A stretch of DNA of 64,000 nt from an uncultured Ignavibacteriales bacterium (GTDB lineage: Bacteria > Bacteroidota > Ignavibacteria > Ignavibacteriales > Ignavibacteriaceae), in assembly GCA_963822905.1 (NCBI GenBank), contig CAWGJF010000002.1:386911-450910 (forward strand), in the 5' to 3' direction. Both the position numbers and the translations under genes were made by a program. Positions 17,724 to 26,837 of the stretch are shown here, piece after piece. The notes below the pieces were generated by a model. That model did not search any database, was not told the origin of the DNA, and saw only the letters and a program-made list of their open reading frames with translations. Position 1 is the stretch's first letter. The number at the start of each line of letters is the position of its first letter.

Positions 17724-19367
17724 ATGAAAAAAAATATTAAATGGATTTTATTGTCAGGGGCTTTGTTGTTAGTGATTTTAGGCTTTACGTTAAGCGAGGG
17801 AGACATTTATTTTGAAATTTCAAAGAACATTGATTTATTTGGAAGAGTATACAAGGAAATCACTTTTAATTATGTTGAAGAGATAAACCCGGAACAATTT
17901 ATGCGTGCTGGAATTGAAGGCATGCTTTCCTCACTCGATCCATATACAATTTTTATTGATGAAAAGAAAAAAGATGATATAGATTTGATTACCGAAGGGA
18001 AATATGGTGGAATTGGTGTTTCTATTGGTGTACGTGGAGAAGATGTTACAATTGTTGAGGTAATGGATGGTTATTCAGCACAGAAACAGGGAATTGAAGT
18101 CGGCGATATTTTAATTGAGGCATCAGGTGTGAAAATTTCTGCCGACAATGTTGATGAAATTTCATCTCTTGTTAAAGGCGAACCAGGCACTACCGTTAAT
18201 GTCAAAATTTTGAGGGATGATATGCTTGATACTCTATCATTCAATATTATTCGTGAAGAAGTAATTATAAAAAATATTACTTACTACGGTTTTTATCCTG
18301 AGAACAGTAATAATGTATATTTGAAACTTTCCAATTTCAGCAGATCTGCCGCAGATGAACTTAAATATGCTTTAAAAGAATTAAAGGACCAGAAGGAAAT
18401 TAAATCAATTATTCTGGACCTGAGAGGAAATCCTGGCGGTTTACTTGATATAGCAGTGGATATTTGCGATAAATTTCTTAAAAAAGATTTACTCATAGTT
18501 TCTACAAAGGGAAGAATTGCAACGACTGAAAAACAATACAAATCTGTTGAAGAACCTCTGGTTGGAGATGCAAAATTGGTAGTTCTTATTAATGGTGGCA
18601 GTGCCTCTGCATCCGAAATTGTTGCCGGGGCAATGCAGGATCATGATCGTGGAGTTTTACTTGGAACAAAATCTTTTGGGAAAGGATTAGTTCAAACAAT
18701 AATTCCATTGAGCTACAATACTTCACTAAAAATTACGACAGCAAAATATTATACACCAAGTGGAAGGTGTATCCAGAAAATTGATTATTCAGAAAATAAT
18801 GATGTAATTGTTGATGATAGTTTAAGTCTGTCAACTGAGTTTCATACTGATAATAAAAGAGAAGTTCATTCAAAGGGTGGAATCACACCTGATACAACTG
18901 TTCAATATATAATTGAAGGAGATCTGACGAAAGAGCTATTAGCCAAGGGAATGTTTTTTAAATTTGCAAACTCATTTAGTTACTCACACCCTGAATTTGA
19001 TTTTAATAAGATTAATGATTCAAAAATTCTGAAAGAGTTTGAAAATTATCTTGATGAACAGAAATATGAATATAAATCCCGTGCTGAAAAAGAAGTAGAT
19101 CAATTGATAGGAGATATTGCGGATAAGGATAATAATATTTCAGATCATCTTAAATCGTTAAGATCGCAGTTAGGAAATCTGTATAAAAGTGAGTTCAAAA
19201 TTTATAATGATGAGATTTTAAGAGAAATCAAGATTGAACTGGCTGGAAGATTTATTGGGTCTGATGGTAAAGTTATTGAACAATTACAATTTGATCCACA
19301 GGTTCAAACCGCGATAAATGTTTTAAACGATCAGAAATCATATAACAGGCTTTTACATATTCATTAA
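17724..19367 (+). CDS. S41 family C-terminal processing peptidase with PDZ domain
   Basis: N-terminal TM/signal, PDZ (GIGVSIG...V.EVMDGYSAQKQGIEVGDILIE), LDLRGNPGG, the GGSASASEIVAGA catalytic Ser block, and GTKSFGKG. Confidence 0.9.
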   Translation: MKKNIKWILLSGALLLVILGFTLSEGDIYFEISKNIDLFGRVYKEITFNYVEEINPEQFMRAGIEGMLSSLDPYTIFIDEKKKDDIDLITEGKYGGIGVSIGVRGEDVTIVEVMDGYSAQKQGIEVGDILIEASGVKISADNVDEISSLVKGEPGTTVNVKILRDDMLDTLSFNIIREEVIIKNITYYGFYPENSNNVYLKLSNFSRSAADELKYALKELKDQKEIKSIILDLRGNPGGLLDIAVDICDKFLKKDLLIVSTKGRIATTEKQYKSVEEPLVGDAKLVVLINGGSASASEIVAGAMQDHDRGVLLGTKSFGKGLVQTIIPLSYNTSLKITTAKYYTPSGRCIQKIDYSENNDVIVDDSLSLSTEFHTDNKREVHSKGGITPDTTVQYIIEGDLTKELLAKGMFFKFANSFSYSHPEFDFNKINDSKILKEFENYLDEQKYEYKSRAEKEVDQLIGDIADKDNNISDHLKSLRSQLGNLYKSEFKIYNDEILREIKIELAGRFIGSDGKVIEQLQFDPQVQTAINVLNDQKSYNRLLHIH

Positions 19368-19429
19368 GATAAATGGAATAAAGAAATTGATGGACATTTA
19401 GTTCAAAAATATATTCAGGGAAAAATTTT

Positions 19430-19792
19430 ATGATGGAGATAATTATACTCTTGCTTATTGGGCTTGCTGCTGGTTTAGCAAGCGGGGTGCTTGGGATTGG
19501 TGGTGGGATACTGGTAATCCCAGGATTAGTTATGTTATTAAATTACTCCCAAAAATCTGCCCAGGGAACATCGCTTGGGTTATTACTTCCGCCAATTGGT
19601 CTGCTTGCTGTGCTTAATTATTACAAAGCAGGTTATGTTAATTTAAAAGCTGCCGGAATTATGATCATTACATTTTTAATCGGAAGTTATATTTCATCTA
19701 AATATGTTGTAAGCTTACCTGAGGGAGTTATTAAAAAAATATTTGGTGTTTTTCTTTTATTTTATGCCGTAAAATTATTTTTTGGAAAGTAA
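19430..19792 (+). CDS. Half-size TSUP (TauE/SafE) family membrane protein
   Basis: 120 aa with about four hydrophobic helices. GLAAGLASGVLGIGGGILVIP is the hallmark TSUP N-terminal motif. Confidence 0.7.
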   Translation: MMEIIILLLIGLAAGLASGVLGIGGGILVIPGLVMLLNYSQKSAQGTSLGLLLPPIGLLAVLNYYKAGYVNLKAAGIMIITFLIGSYISSKYVVSLPEGVIKKIFGVFLLFYAVKLFFGK

Positions 19793-19872
19793 CTTTATTT
19801 CATAAATATTAGTAATAAAATTTTTTTCCCTGGCTCATTGATAATTGCCCCACTTAGGATTATTTTCGATCT

Positions 19873-20157
19873 ATGGCAAGAACAAAAATATTTTCGGGCA
19901 GTTATCACTTCTTTTCCAGTTGTCCATCATGTTCTCAAAGAAACGTTCTGGTAAATTCCCGCCCAAGAAATAATAAAGAAAGAATAGTAAAAAGCATTAC
20001 CTGGTTTGCACCGTACAAATGTAAATCTTGCGGATGGAGAGGGTTTAAATCAAGAATTTCAATTACTGGTAAAAATGTTAAAAACGGGATTATTTATATT
20101 TTCCTCATGGTAATCACAGCTTTTATTGTTTATCAGGTTTTAAAACGTATGAGTTAA
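19873..20157 (+). CDS. Hypothetical zinc-ribbon protein with C-terminal TM helix
   Basis: CPSC...CKSC four-Cys arrangement plus the hydrophobic stretch GIIYIFLMVITAFIVY. No family recognised. Confidence 0.4.
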   Translation: MARTKIFSGSYHFFSSCPSCSQRNVLVNSRPRNNKERIVKSITWFAPYKCKSCGWRGFKSRISITGKNVKNGIIYIFLMVITAFIVYQVLKRMS

Positions 20158-20458
20158 TTTTGATTGTTCAGCTTTTAGTTTGCAAATATGTACAGTAGAA
20201 ATTTTATTCAATGGTAATTAAAAATTATTGAGAGAATGTTTGCTTTAAGTTAGCATTTTTATAATTTTTATCTTTAAATATTTAATTCTTTTTAAACAAC
20301 TTTTATGCACCTCCAGACGTGGTTGATAAAGGTTGTTGTTAGACGATTCCAAAAATTCAAATTTGTCATTAATTTAGCTTTCAGAGTAATATAGTTGTAT
20401 ATACTGCTGTCAGGAAATAATATTAACTTACCAAAGTACCCTACACAAAAGGGAATAA

Positions 20459-21028
20459 ATGCCAAAACTTAATTTAGATTACATTCTCAGAAACCGTCTG
20501 CCGGTTACAATCTTCGTAATCTTAAGTTCATTTGCACTTACTTATTTTGCGTCCCGGGCTGAAAGGGACGGAGTTGGATACAAACCTGACCAACCGATTA
20601 ATTATTCTCATAAATTACATGCCGGTGATATGAAAATTGATTGCCAGTATTGTCATATTGGTGTTGAAAAATCTAGACATGCAATGGTTCCTCCGCTTGC
20701 TACTTGCATGAATTGTCATACTGTTGCAAGAAAAGATAAACCTGATATAATGAAATTGACTGATTATTATAATGAAGCAAAAGCACTTGAGTGGAAAAGA
20801 ATACATAAAGTTCCCGATTATGCTTACTTCAATCATAGTGTACATATTAATAAAGGTGTGGATTGTGTATCCTGTCATGGAGAAATAAGACAAATGGAAA
20901 AGGTCGGACAGATGAATTCGTTTACAATGGCCAATTGCTTAAAATGTCATCGTAATACTCATGAAAATCTTCCCTATATAAAAGATGTTAAAGCTGGTCC
21001 TGAATATTGTTTTGCTTGTCACAGATAA
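20459..21028 (+). CDS. actA: Alternative complex III pentaheme cytochrome c subunit ActA
   Basis: N-terminal TM anchor and five CxxCH motifs (CQYCH, CMNCH, CVSCH, CLKCH, CFACH). It is the first gene of the act cluster. Confidence 0.9.
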   Translation: MPKLNLDYILRNRLPVTIFVILSSFALTYFASRAERDGVGYKPDQPINYSHKLHAGDMKIDCQYCHIGVEKSRHAMVPPLATCMNCHTVARKDKPDIMKLTDYYNEAKALEWKRIHKVPDYAYFNHSVHINKGVDCVSCHGEIRQMEKVGQMNSFTMANCLKCHRNTHENLPYIKDVKAGPEYCFACHR

Positions 21029-21043
21029 TTAGAATTTAAATCA

Positions 21044-21223
21044 ATGAACAGAAAAAAATTTTTTTCAACGATAGGAATTACGGCAATAGGTTACATGATT
21101 ACAATTTCATTTTCGAAAATTCCTTTTGTAAGTAAAATATTGAATAATAAACCAGCTGGAGTTTCTGTTAAAATTAATCCTCTTGCTGTAAGGAGAGAAA
21201 AACCAGGTAAAAAGAATGTCTGA
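21044..21223 (+). CDS. Possible small (59-aa) ORF with Tat-signal-like N-terminus between actA and actB
   Basis: ATG at 21044; MNRKKFFSTIGITAIGYMITISF...; the TGA at 21221-21223 overlaps the actB ATG (21216). It is not in the supplied track because it is under 60 aa. Coding status is unproven. Confidence 0.3.
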   Translation: MNRKKFFSTIGITAIGYMITISFSKIPFVSKILNNKPAGVSVKINPLAVRREKPGKKNV

Positions 21224-22451
21224 TCTTACAGATAAAAAAATAAATTCTTCAGTACAAAAACCTGATGCGGATTACTGGCGAACTTTCGAAGAGTTGCATA
21301 ACGATTCTCATTTTATTGAAACGAGTCAAAATGAATTTGCTGATGGAGTTACTGATGATTTTAGTGCTTCGGATATGTCTTCTATTTCCAGGAGAAAATT
21401 TTTAGCACTCCTCGGAGCTTCTGCTGCACTTGCCGGAACTGCCTGCACTGATTACCGTGACAGGGGCGAAATCATTCCTTATAATAAAAAACCTGAAGAA
21501 ATTATTGTTGGAAAAGCTAATTACTATGCGTCAACATGTACAGCTTGTGCAAATTCCTGTGGTATTCTGATTAAAACAAGGGAAGGCCGCCCGATAAAGT
21601 TAGATGGAAATCCTGATCATCCTGTTTCTAAAGGCAAAATTTGTGCTCAGGGTCAGGCAAGCATAATGGATTTATATAATCCTGATAGGTTGAAGAATCC
21701 AAAAAAGAAATTGAGCAATAGATTTGTTGAATACAACTGGAAAGATGCTGATAAGGAAATTATTGAAGCACTAATCAATGCGGGAGATAAAGAAATTGCG
21801 ATTGTAACAAACCAAATTACATCTCCAACTTTCTTCAAAGTATTGGGTGACTTCAAATCGAAATATCCTACAATGAAGCTTTACAGTTATGATCAATCCT
21901 GGCAGGAAACGAGAAACAGAGCCTGGCAAAAATGTTATGGTGAGGGTTTGTTCACTGCAATAAAATGGAATGAAGCTAAAATTATTGTTTCACTTGATGG
22001 AGATTTTCTTGGTGAATCCGAAAATAAAATTGAAAACGTAAGATTATTTTCAGAAGGAAGAGATGTAATGAGTAAAGCCTTCAACAGATTATATGCTGTT
22101 GAAGGAAACCTTTCTGTAACCGGAATGAATGCTGATTATAGGTTGAGACTTCGTTCTGACGAACAGCAGAAATTTGTTTTAGCTTTAGTTCATGATATTT
22201 CGGCAAAAAGCGGGATCAATATTGGAATAAATACAGGTGGATATTCACTAAAATCCATCAGTGATGAATTTAATTTGGATTTAAAAACACTGAATGCTTT
22301 GGTAAATGATTTGGTTGAGAATAAGGGCAAAGCTTTCATTTATGCCGGCAATCATTTACCTGAATCAGTACATTTAATAGTAAATTATTTAAATGAGGTA
22401 TTAGGTAATTCAAAATTATATGAGTTAGAAAATTCGAAAATTAATATTTAA
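21216..22451 (+). CDS. actB: ActB (ACIII molybdopterin-like/FeS subunit), fragment 1 of 3: Tat signal and N-terminal MopB-like part
   Basis: SRRKFLALLGASAALAGTA twin-arginine signal; Cys cluster CTACANSCGILIKTREGRPIKLDGNPDHP...GKICAQG. It ends at a TAA created by a frame change (see findings). Confidence 0.85.
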   Translation: MSDLTDKKINSSVQKPDADYWRTFEELHNDSHFIETSQNEFADGVTDDFSASDMSSISRRKFLALLGASAALAGTACTDYRDRGEIIPYNKKPEEIIVGKANYYASTCTACANSCGILIKTREGRPIKLDGNPDHPVSKGKICAQGQASIMDLYNPDRLKNPKKKLSNRFVEYNWKDADKEIIEALINAGDKEIAIVTNQITSPTFFKVLGDFKSKYPTMKLYSYDQSWQETRNRAWQKCYGEGLFTAIKWNEAKIIVSLDGDFLGESENKIENVRLFSEGRDVMSKAFNRLYAVEGNLSVTGMNADYRLRLRSDEQQKFVLALVHDISAKSGINIGINTGGYSLKSISDEFNLDLKTLNALVNDLVENKGKAFIYAGNHLPESVHLIVNYLNEVLGNSKLYELENSKINI

Positions 22452-22494
22452 TCCTCTGTCATCTGTTCAAGATTTTAAAAGTCTTGTCTCAAAA

Positions 22495-23532
22495 ATGAAG
22501 AGCAATTCTGTTGGAGTTGTTATTCATTTAAATACAAATCCAGTTTATAATTTACCGAAGAATCTGGATTATGAAAATTCTCTTTCGAATGTCAATACTG
22601 TAATTACTGTTACAGATACTGATTCCGAAACTTCTGAAGCAGGGAACTATATTTTACCCTCGCATCATATGCTTGAATCATGGGGAGATTCATATAATCG
22701 TTCTGATTTTTATTCTCTTCAACAGCCGGTAATTGCTCCCTTGTATGACACGCGTCAACCCGAAGCAATTCTTCTTACTTGGATTGTTGGTCATCAAGAT
22801 GCGTACAGTGATAAAATTTATCATCAGTATTTAATGAATAATTGGGAGAAAAATATCTATCCAGTAACCGTATCGACCCTTCCATTCAAACAATTTTGGT
22901 ACGGTGCTTTACACGATGGAGTAAGCTATTCAAATGAAAAATCGAATAGTTCATTATCATTTAATTCATCAGCATTGAATGAATTAAAAAAGGTAAACCG
23001 AAACAATGGATTTGTTCTTCAGCTTAAAGAAAGTTATTCATTACGTGATGGAAGATTTGCAAACAATGGTTGGCTGCAGGAACTTCCGCATCCGGTAAGT
23101 AAAATGACATGGGATAATTACGCAGCTATTTCGCCAAATTCAGCAGATGAACTTGGGGTTAGTGATTCTGATGTAATCGAAATTACATCGGGTGGTACAA
23201 GCTTTAAAATTCCTGCTCTGGTTCAACCAGGACTTGCTGATCAAACAATTGTAATTGATTTGGGATACGGAAGAAGAAATGCCGGGATAGTTGGTTCAAA
23301 TGTTGGTTTCAATTCAAATGAGTTGCTTAAATCTTCAGATTCTCTTTTCCAAATGTTATACAGTGGAGTTGAAGTAAATAAAACAGGTGACTACTACAAA
23401 CTGGTTGCCGCACAAACAGTTTATGAATTCGATAAAGGAATTAAAAAAGATCTTCCGGAAAAAAGGGGAATAATTCGTGAAGGAACAGTTGCTCAGTATT
23501 TAAAAGAACCCGGAATTCTTAAAAGAAAATGA
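22495..23532 (+). CDS. actB: ActB fragment 2 of 3 (continuation of the MopB-like domain)
   Basis: This frame is open from 22429 (..FNPLSSVQDFKSLVSKMKSNSVGVVIHLNTNPVYNLP) and continues fragment 1 with no need for its own start codon. The frame is +1 relative to fragment 1. Confidence 0.85.
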   Translation: MKSNSVGVVIHLNTNPVYNLPKNLDYENSLSNVNTVITVTDTDSETSEAGNYILPSHHMLESWGDSYNRSDFYSLQQPVIAPLYDTRQPEAILLTWIVGHQDAYSDKIYHQYLMNNWEKNIYPVTVSTLPFKQFWYGALHDGVSYSNEKSNSSLSFNSSALNELKKVNRNNGFVLQLKESYSLRDGRFANNGWLQELPHPVSKMTWDNYAAISPNSADELGVSDSDVIEITSGGTSFKIPALVQPGLADQTIVIDLGYGRRNAGIVGSNVGFNSNELLKSSDSLFQMLYSGVEVNKTGDYYKLVAAQTVYEFDKGIKKDLPEKRGIIREGTVAQYLKEPGILKRK

Positions 23533-23590
23533 AGAAGAATCTTTAATAAGCGTAAATCCTCCTATTCCTTATCCAGGAGTAAAATGGGGG

Positions 23591-24304
23591 ATGTCGATTG
23601 ATTTAAATAAATGTACCGGTTGCGCGGAATGTGTCGTTGCATGCAATGTTGAAAATAATATTCCAATTGTTGGCAAGGATCAGGTTGATAAGGGACGTGA
23701 GATGCAGTGGTTACGAATTGATCGTTACTATTCCGGCTCACCTGAGGAACCAAATGTTGTTAACCAGCCGATGCTGTGTCAGCATTGTGATAATGCACCT
23801 TGCGAAAATGTTTGCCCGGTTGCTGCAACAACTCACAGTCCTGATGGGCTGAACCAAATGATTTATAACAGGTGTGTTGGAACAAGATATTGCTCAAACA
23901 ACTGTCCTTATAAAGTTAGAAGATTCAACTTTTTTAATTTCAGAGATCACTTCCGTGATAGTTTCCAGGAAAATCCGGTGTTTGCGTTACTTGCAAATCC
24001 TGAAGTTACTGTTCGATCAAGAGGAGTGATGGAAAAATGTACTTTTTGTATTCAAAGAATCTCAGAAGCTAGAGCAGATGCAACAAGACAAAGCAGGCAG
24101 ATTAAAGGATCAGATGTTAGAACAGCATGTCAGGATGCTTGTGCAAGTAACGCAATTAATTTTGGAGACATTAATGATAAGGAAAGTGAGTTCCATAAAT
24201 ACAGAAATCATGAATTAGGATATTATGTTCTTGAAGAATTGAATGTTGTCCCCAATGTTACTTATTTCGCCAAACTCAGAAATACTCATTCGGAGGATGT
24301 TTAG
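23591..24304 (+). CDS. actB: ActB fragment 3 of 3 (4Fe-4S ferredoxin-like B2 domain)
   Basis: The frame is open from 23504 (...[40 protein letters not shown]). Further Cys clusters: [30 protein letters not shown]. The frame is +1 relative to fragment 2. Confidence 0.88.
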   Translation: MSIDLNKCTGCAECVVACNVENNIPIVGKDQVDKGREMQWLRIDRYYSGSPEEPNVVNQPMLCQHCDNAPCENVCPVAATTHSPDGLNQMIYNRCVGTRYCSNNCPYKVRRFNFFNFRDHFRDSFQENPVFALLANPEVTVRSRGVMEKCTFCIQRISEARADATRQSRQIKGSDVRTACQDACASNAINFGDINDKESEFHKYRNHELGYYVLEELNVVPNVTYFAKLRNTHSEDV

Positions 24305-25674
24305 TGGAAGTTGATTATTCAACCGAAACTCCGGTTGTTGCCGGTAGATTATCATTAGCTGAAATCGAGGAAATGGTTGCAAGACCACTCGATACAAAGC
24401 CTGATAAAAAGTTTTATATAGCGTTATCAATTTCCGGCTCAGCATTGTTATTCGGTGCGATTTGTCTTTTATTTTCTTTTTATTACGGTGTTGGCTTGTG
24501 GGGAAATAATCAGCCTGTTGGTTGGGGATTTCCAATTGTAAATTTTGTGTTCTGGGTTGGTATTGGTCATGCAGGAACACTTATCTCAGCGATTTTATTT
24601 TTGCTCAGACAAAAATGGAGAAATGGTATTGCACGATTTGCGGAAGCAATGACCATCTTTGCTGTGATTTGTGCTGCTTTATTTCCGGCGATACACGTCG
24701 GACGTCCCTGGTTAGGAGGCTATTTATTTCCTTATCCGAACCAGCATGGTCTCTGGATTAATTTTAATTCTCCTCTAATTTGGGATGTATTTGCTGTTTC
24801 AACATACTTCACTGTTTCACTTGTTTTCTGGTATGTTGGTTTGATCCCGGATTTTGCAACACTACGAGATCGTACTACTTCAAAAATTAAAAAGATTATT
24901 TATTCTGTTTTCAGTCTTGGATGGAGACATTCAAACAGACACTGGCAACATTATGAAAAAGCTTATGTGATACTTGCTGGTTTTGCAACTCCACTTGTTT
25001 TATCTGTTCACACAATTGTAAGTTTTGATTTTGCTGTATCAATTCTTCCCGGCTGGCATTCAACTATATTTCCACCTTACTTTGTTGCCGGAGCAATTTT
25101 TTCTGGGTTTGCAATGGTAGTTACAGTTCTTGTTGTTGTCCGCAAAATATTTGATTTGCAGAATTTGATAACGATGGATCACCTTGAAAAAATGAACAAG
25201 GTTATTATTGCTACAAGTATGATGGTAGGCTATTCTTACGGTGTGGAATTTTTTATTTCATGGTATAGTGGTGCTCCGGTTGAACAATTTATTTTTATAA
25301 ACCGGGCATTTGGACCTTATGCCTGGGCGTACTGGGTAATGGTTTCCTGCAATGTTTTCATTCCGCAATTATTCTGGTTTAAGAAAATACGAAGATCAAT
25401 TCCGGCAATGATGGTAATTGTTATTTTAGTGAATGTAGGAATGTGGTTTGAGAGATTTGTAATTGTTGTAACATCTTTACACAGAGATTTTTTACCTTCA
25501 AGTTGGGGAATGTTTATCCCGACTATATATGATGCAGGAATTCTAATTGGAAGTTTTGGACTATTTTTTACATTAGTAATTTTATTTACAAAAGCTTTGC
25601 CCGTTGTTTCTATTGCAGAAATTAAAAGTGTCAGCGAAGGTGCCCAACCAGTACATCACGGAGGTCACGAATAA
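24304..25674 (+). CDS. actC: ActC, NrfD/PsrC-like quinol-interacting membrane subunit of ACIII
   Basis: GTG start overlapping the actB stop. It is a polytopic protein with NrfD-like motifs ([36 protein letters not shown]). Confidence 0.88.
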   Translation: MEVDYSTETPVVAGRLSLAEIEEMVARPLDTKPDKKFYIALSISGSALLFGAICLLFSFYYGVGLWGNNQPVGWGFPIVNFVFWVGIGHAGTLISAILFLLRQKWRNGIARFAEAMTIFAVICAALFPAIHVGRPWLGGYLFPYPNQHGLWINFNSPLIWDVFAVSTYFTVSLVFWYVGLIPDFATLRDRTTSKIKKIIYSVFSLGWRHSNRHWQHYEKAYVILAGFATPLVLSVHTIVSFDFAVSILPGWHSTIFPPYFVAGAIFSGFAMVVTVLVVVRKIFDLQNLITMDHLEKMNKVIIATSMMVGYSYGVEFFISWYSGAPVEQFIFINRAFGPYAWAYWVMVSCNVFIPQLFWFKKIRRSIPAMMVIVILVNVGMWFERFVIVVTSLHRDFLPSSWGMFIPTIYDAGILIGSFGLFFTLVILFTKALPVVSIAEIKSVSEGAQPVHHGGHE

Positions 25675-26837
25675 TGAGTGACAAAAAGATTTTCGGATTG
25701 GCTGCACTATTCAAAGATCCAAATTCGATCATTGCTGCTGCTAAAAAAGTCAGTAGTGAAGGTTTTACTAAATGGGATGTCAACTCTCCTTATCCCGTTC
25801 ATGGGATGGATAAAGCAATGGGAATGAAACCATCAAGACTTGGTTTTGTTACATTGTTCTTTGGGTTAAGCGGAACAACAATAGCACTTTTGTTTATGTG
25901 GTGGACAATGTCTGTTGATTATCCATTAGTAATTGGAGGGAAGCCCTTTTTTGCATTACCATCATTCATTCCTGTAACATTTGAAGTAACAGTATTACTT
26001 GGAACGGTATTCACAATCATTACGATGTTTGCATTGTTTTTTGGTTTACCTTCAAATTCACACCCGGTACATGATACGAATTATATGAAAAAAGTTTCCG
26101 TTGATCATTTCGGTATTGTGATTGAATCATCTGATCCGAAATTTGATGAAGAAAAAATAAAAAGCTTATACAGTTCACTAGGTGCAGTTCTTACAGAGGT
26201 AATTTATTTCCCTGAGAAGGAACCAACAAAAGTTTTTGAACCCCGGTTTATTATGTTTTTGATTCTTGTTGCAGTAGTAGTATCAGGAGCAACATATTTT
26301 ACTCTTAATAAATTTATGTATATGCTTCCTTATAACTGGATGGATGATCAGGCTAAAATTGTTCCCCAGTCAAAGAACGATTTTTTTGCCGATGAAAGAG
26401 GAATGAGAATGCCGGTTGAGGGAACTATAGCCAGGGGATTTCTTCCTTATCCATTTTTAGGTGAGAAAGAACCAAAAGAAGTTTTATCAAATCCTTATTT
26501 ACCTACTAAGGAAAACCTGGAATTAGGTAAAAGAAAGTTTTTGACTTTTTGCAGTCCTTGTCACGGAAATTATGCCGATGGTGATAGTCGGTTACATGGA
26601 CAATTTCCAAGTCCACCAACATTGCATTCCACAAGGGCAAGAAATTTTAGTGATGGAATGATTTACCATATAATTACAAACGGACAAAATGCAATGCCTT
26701 CTTATGCTTCGCAAGTTACACGAAAAGAAAGATGGGCGATAATTAATTATATAAGAGTTTTGCAAAGAGCAAAAGATGCAACTGATTCTGATGTTGCGCA
26801 GTTAAAACTTGAGAAAAGTTCAAATGCAGGAAACTGA
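25674..26837 (+). CDS. actD: Fused ActD-ActE (DUF3341-like membrane subunit + monoheme cytochrome c)
   Basis: The N-terminal half is ActD-like (IFGLAALFKDPNSIIAAAKKV...WDVNSPYPVHGMD, two TM helices). An extra TM follows, then a class-I cytochrome c domain (CSPCHG ... MPSYASQ). Confidence 0.8.
   Translation: MSDKKIFGLAALFKDPNSIIAAAKKVSSEGFTKWDVNSPYPVHGMDKAMGMKPSRLGFVTLFFGLSGTTIALLFMWWTMSVDYPLVIGGKPFFALPSFIPVTFEVTVLLGTVFTIITMFALFFGLPSNSHPVHDTNYMKKVSVDHFGIVIESSDPKFDEEKIKSLYSSLGAVLTEVIYFPEKEPTKVFEPRFIMFLILVAVVVSGATYFTLNKFMYMLPYNWMDDQAKIVPQSKNDFFADERGMRMPVEGTIARGFLPYPFLGEKEPKEVLSNPYLPTKENLELGKRKFLTFCSPCHGNYADGDSRLHGQFPSPPTLHSTRARNFSDGMIYHIITNGQNAMPSYASQVTRKERWAIINYIRVLQRAKDATDSDVAQLKLEKSSNAGN

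Noticed and set aside
22429-23591. Programmed +1 ribosomal frameshifting or selenocysteine read-through (TGA at 23530) in actB
   Set aside because: The downstream frames are offset, so stop-codon recoding cannot join them. No known +1 slippery/stimulator context is visible. Two such sites in one gene, plus a third in another gene, all in A runs, fit indel errors far better.
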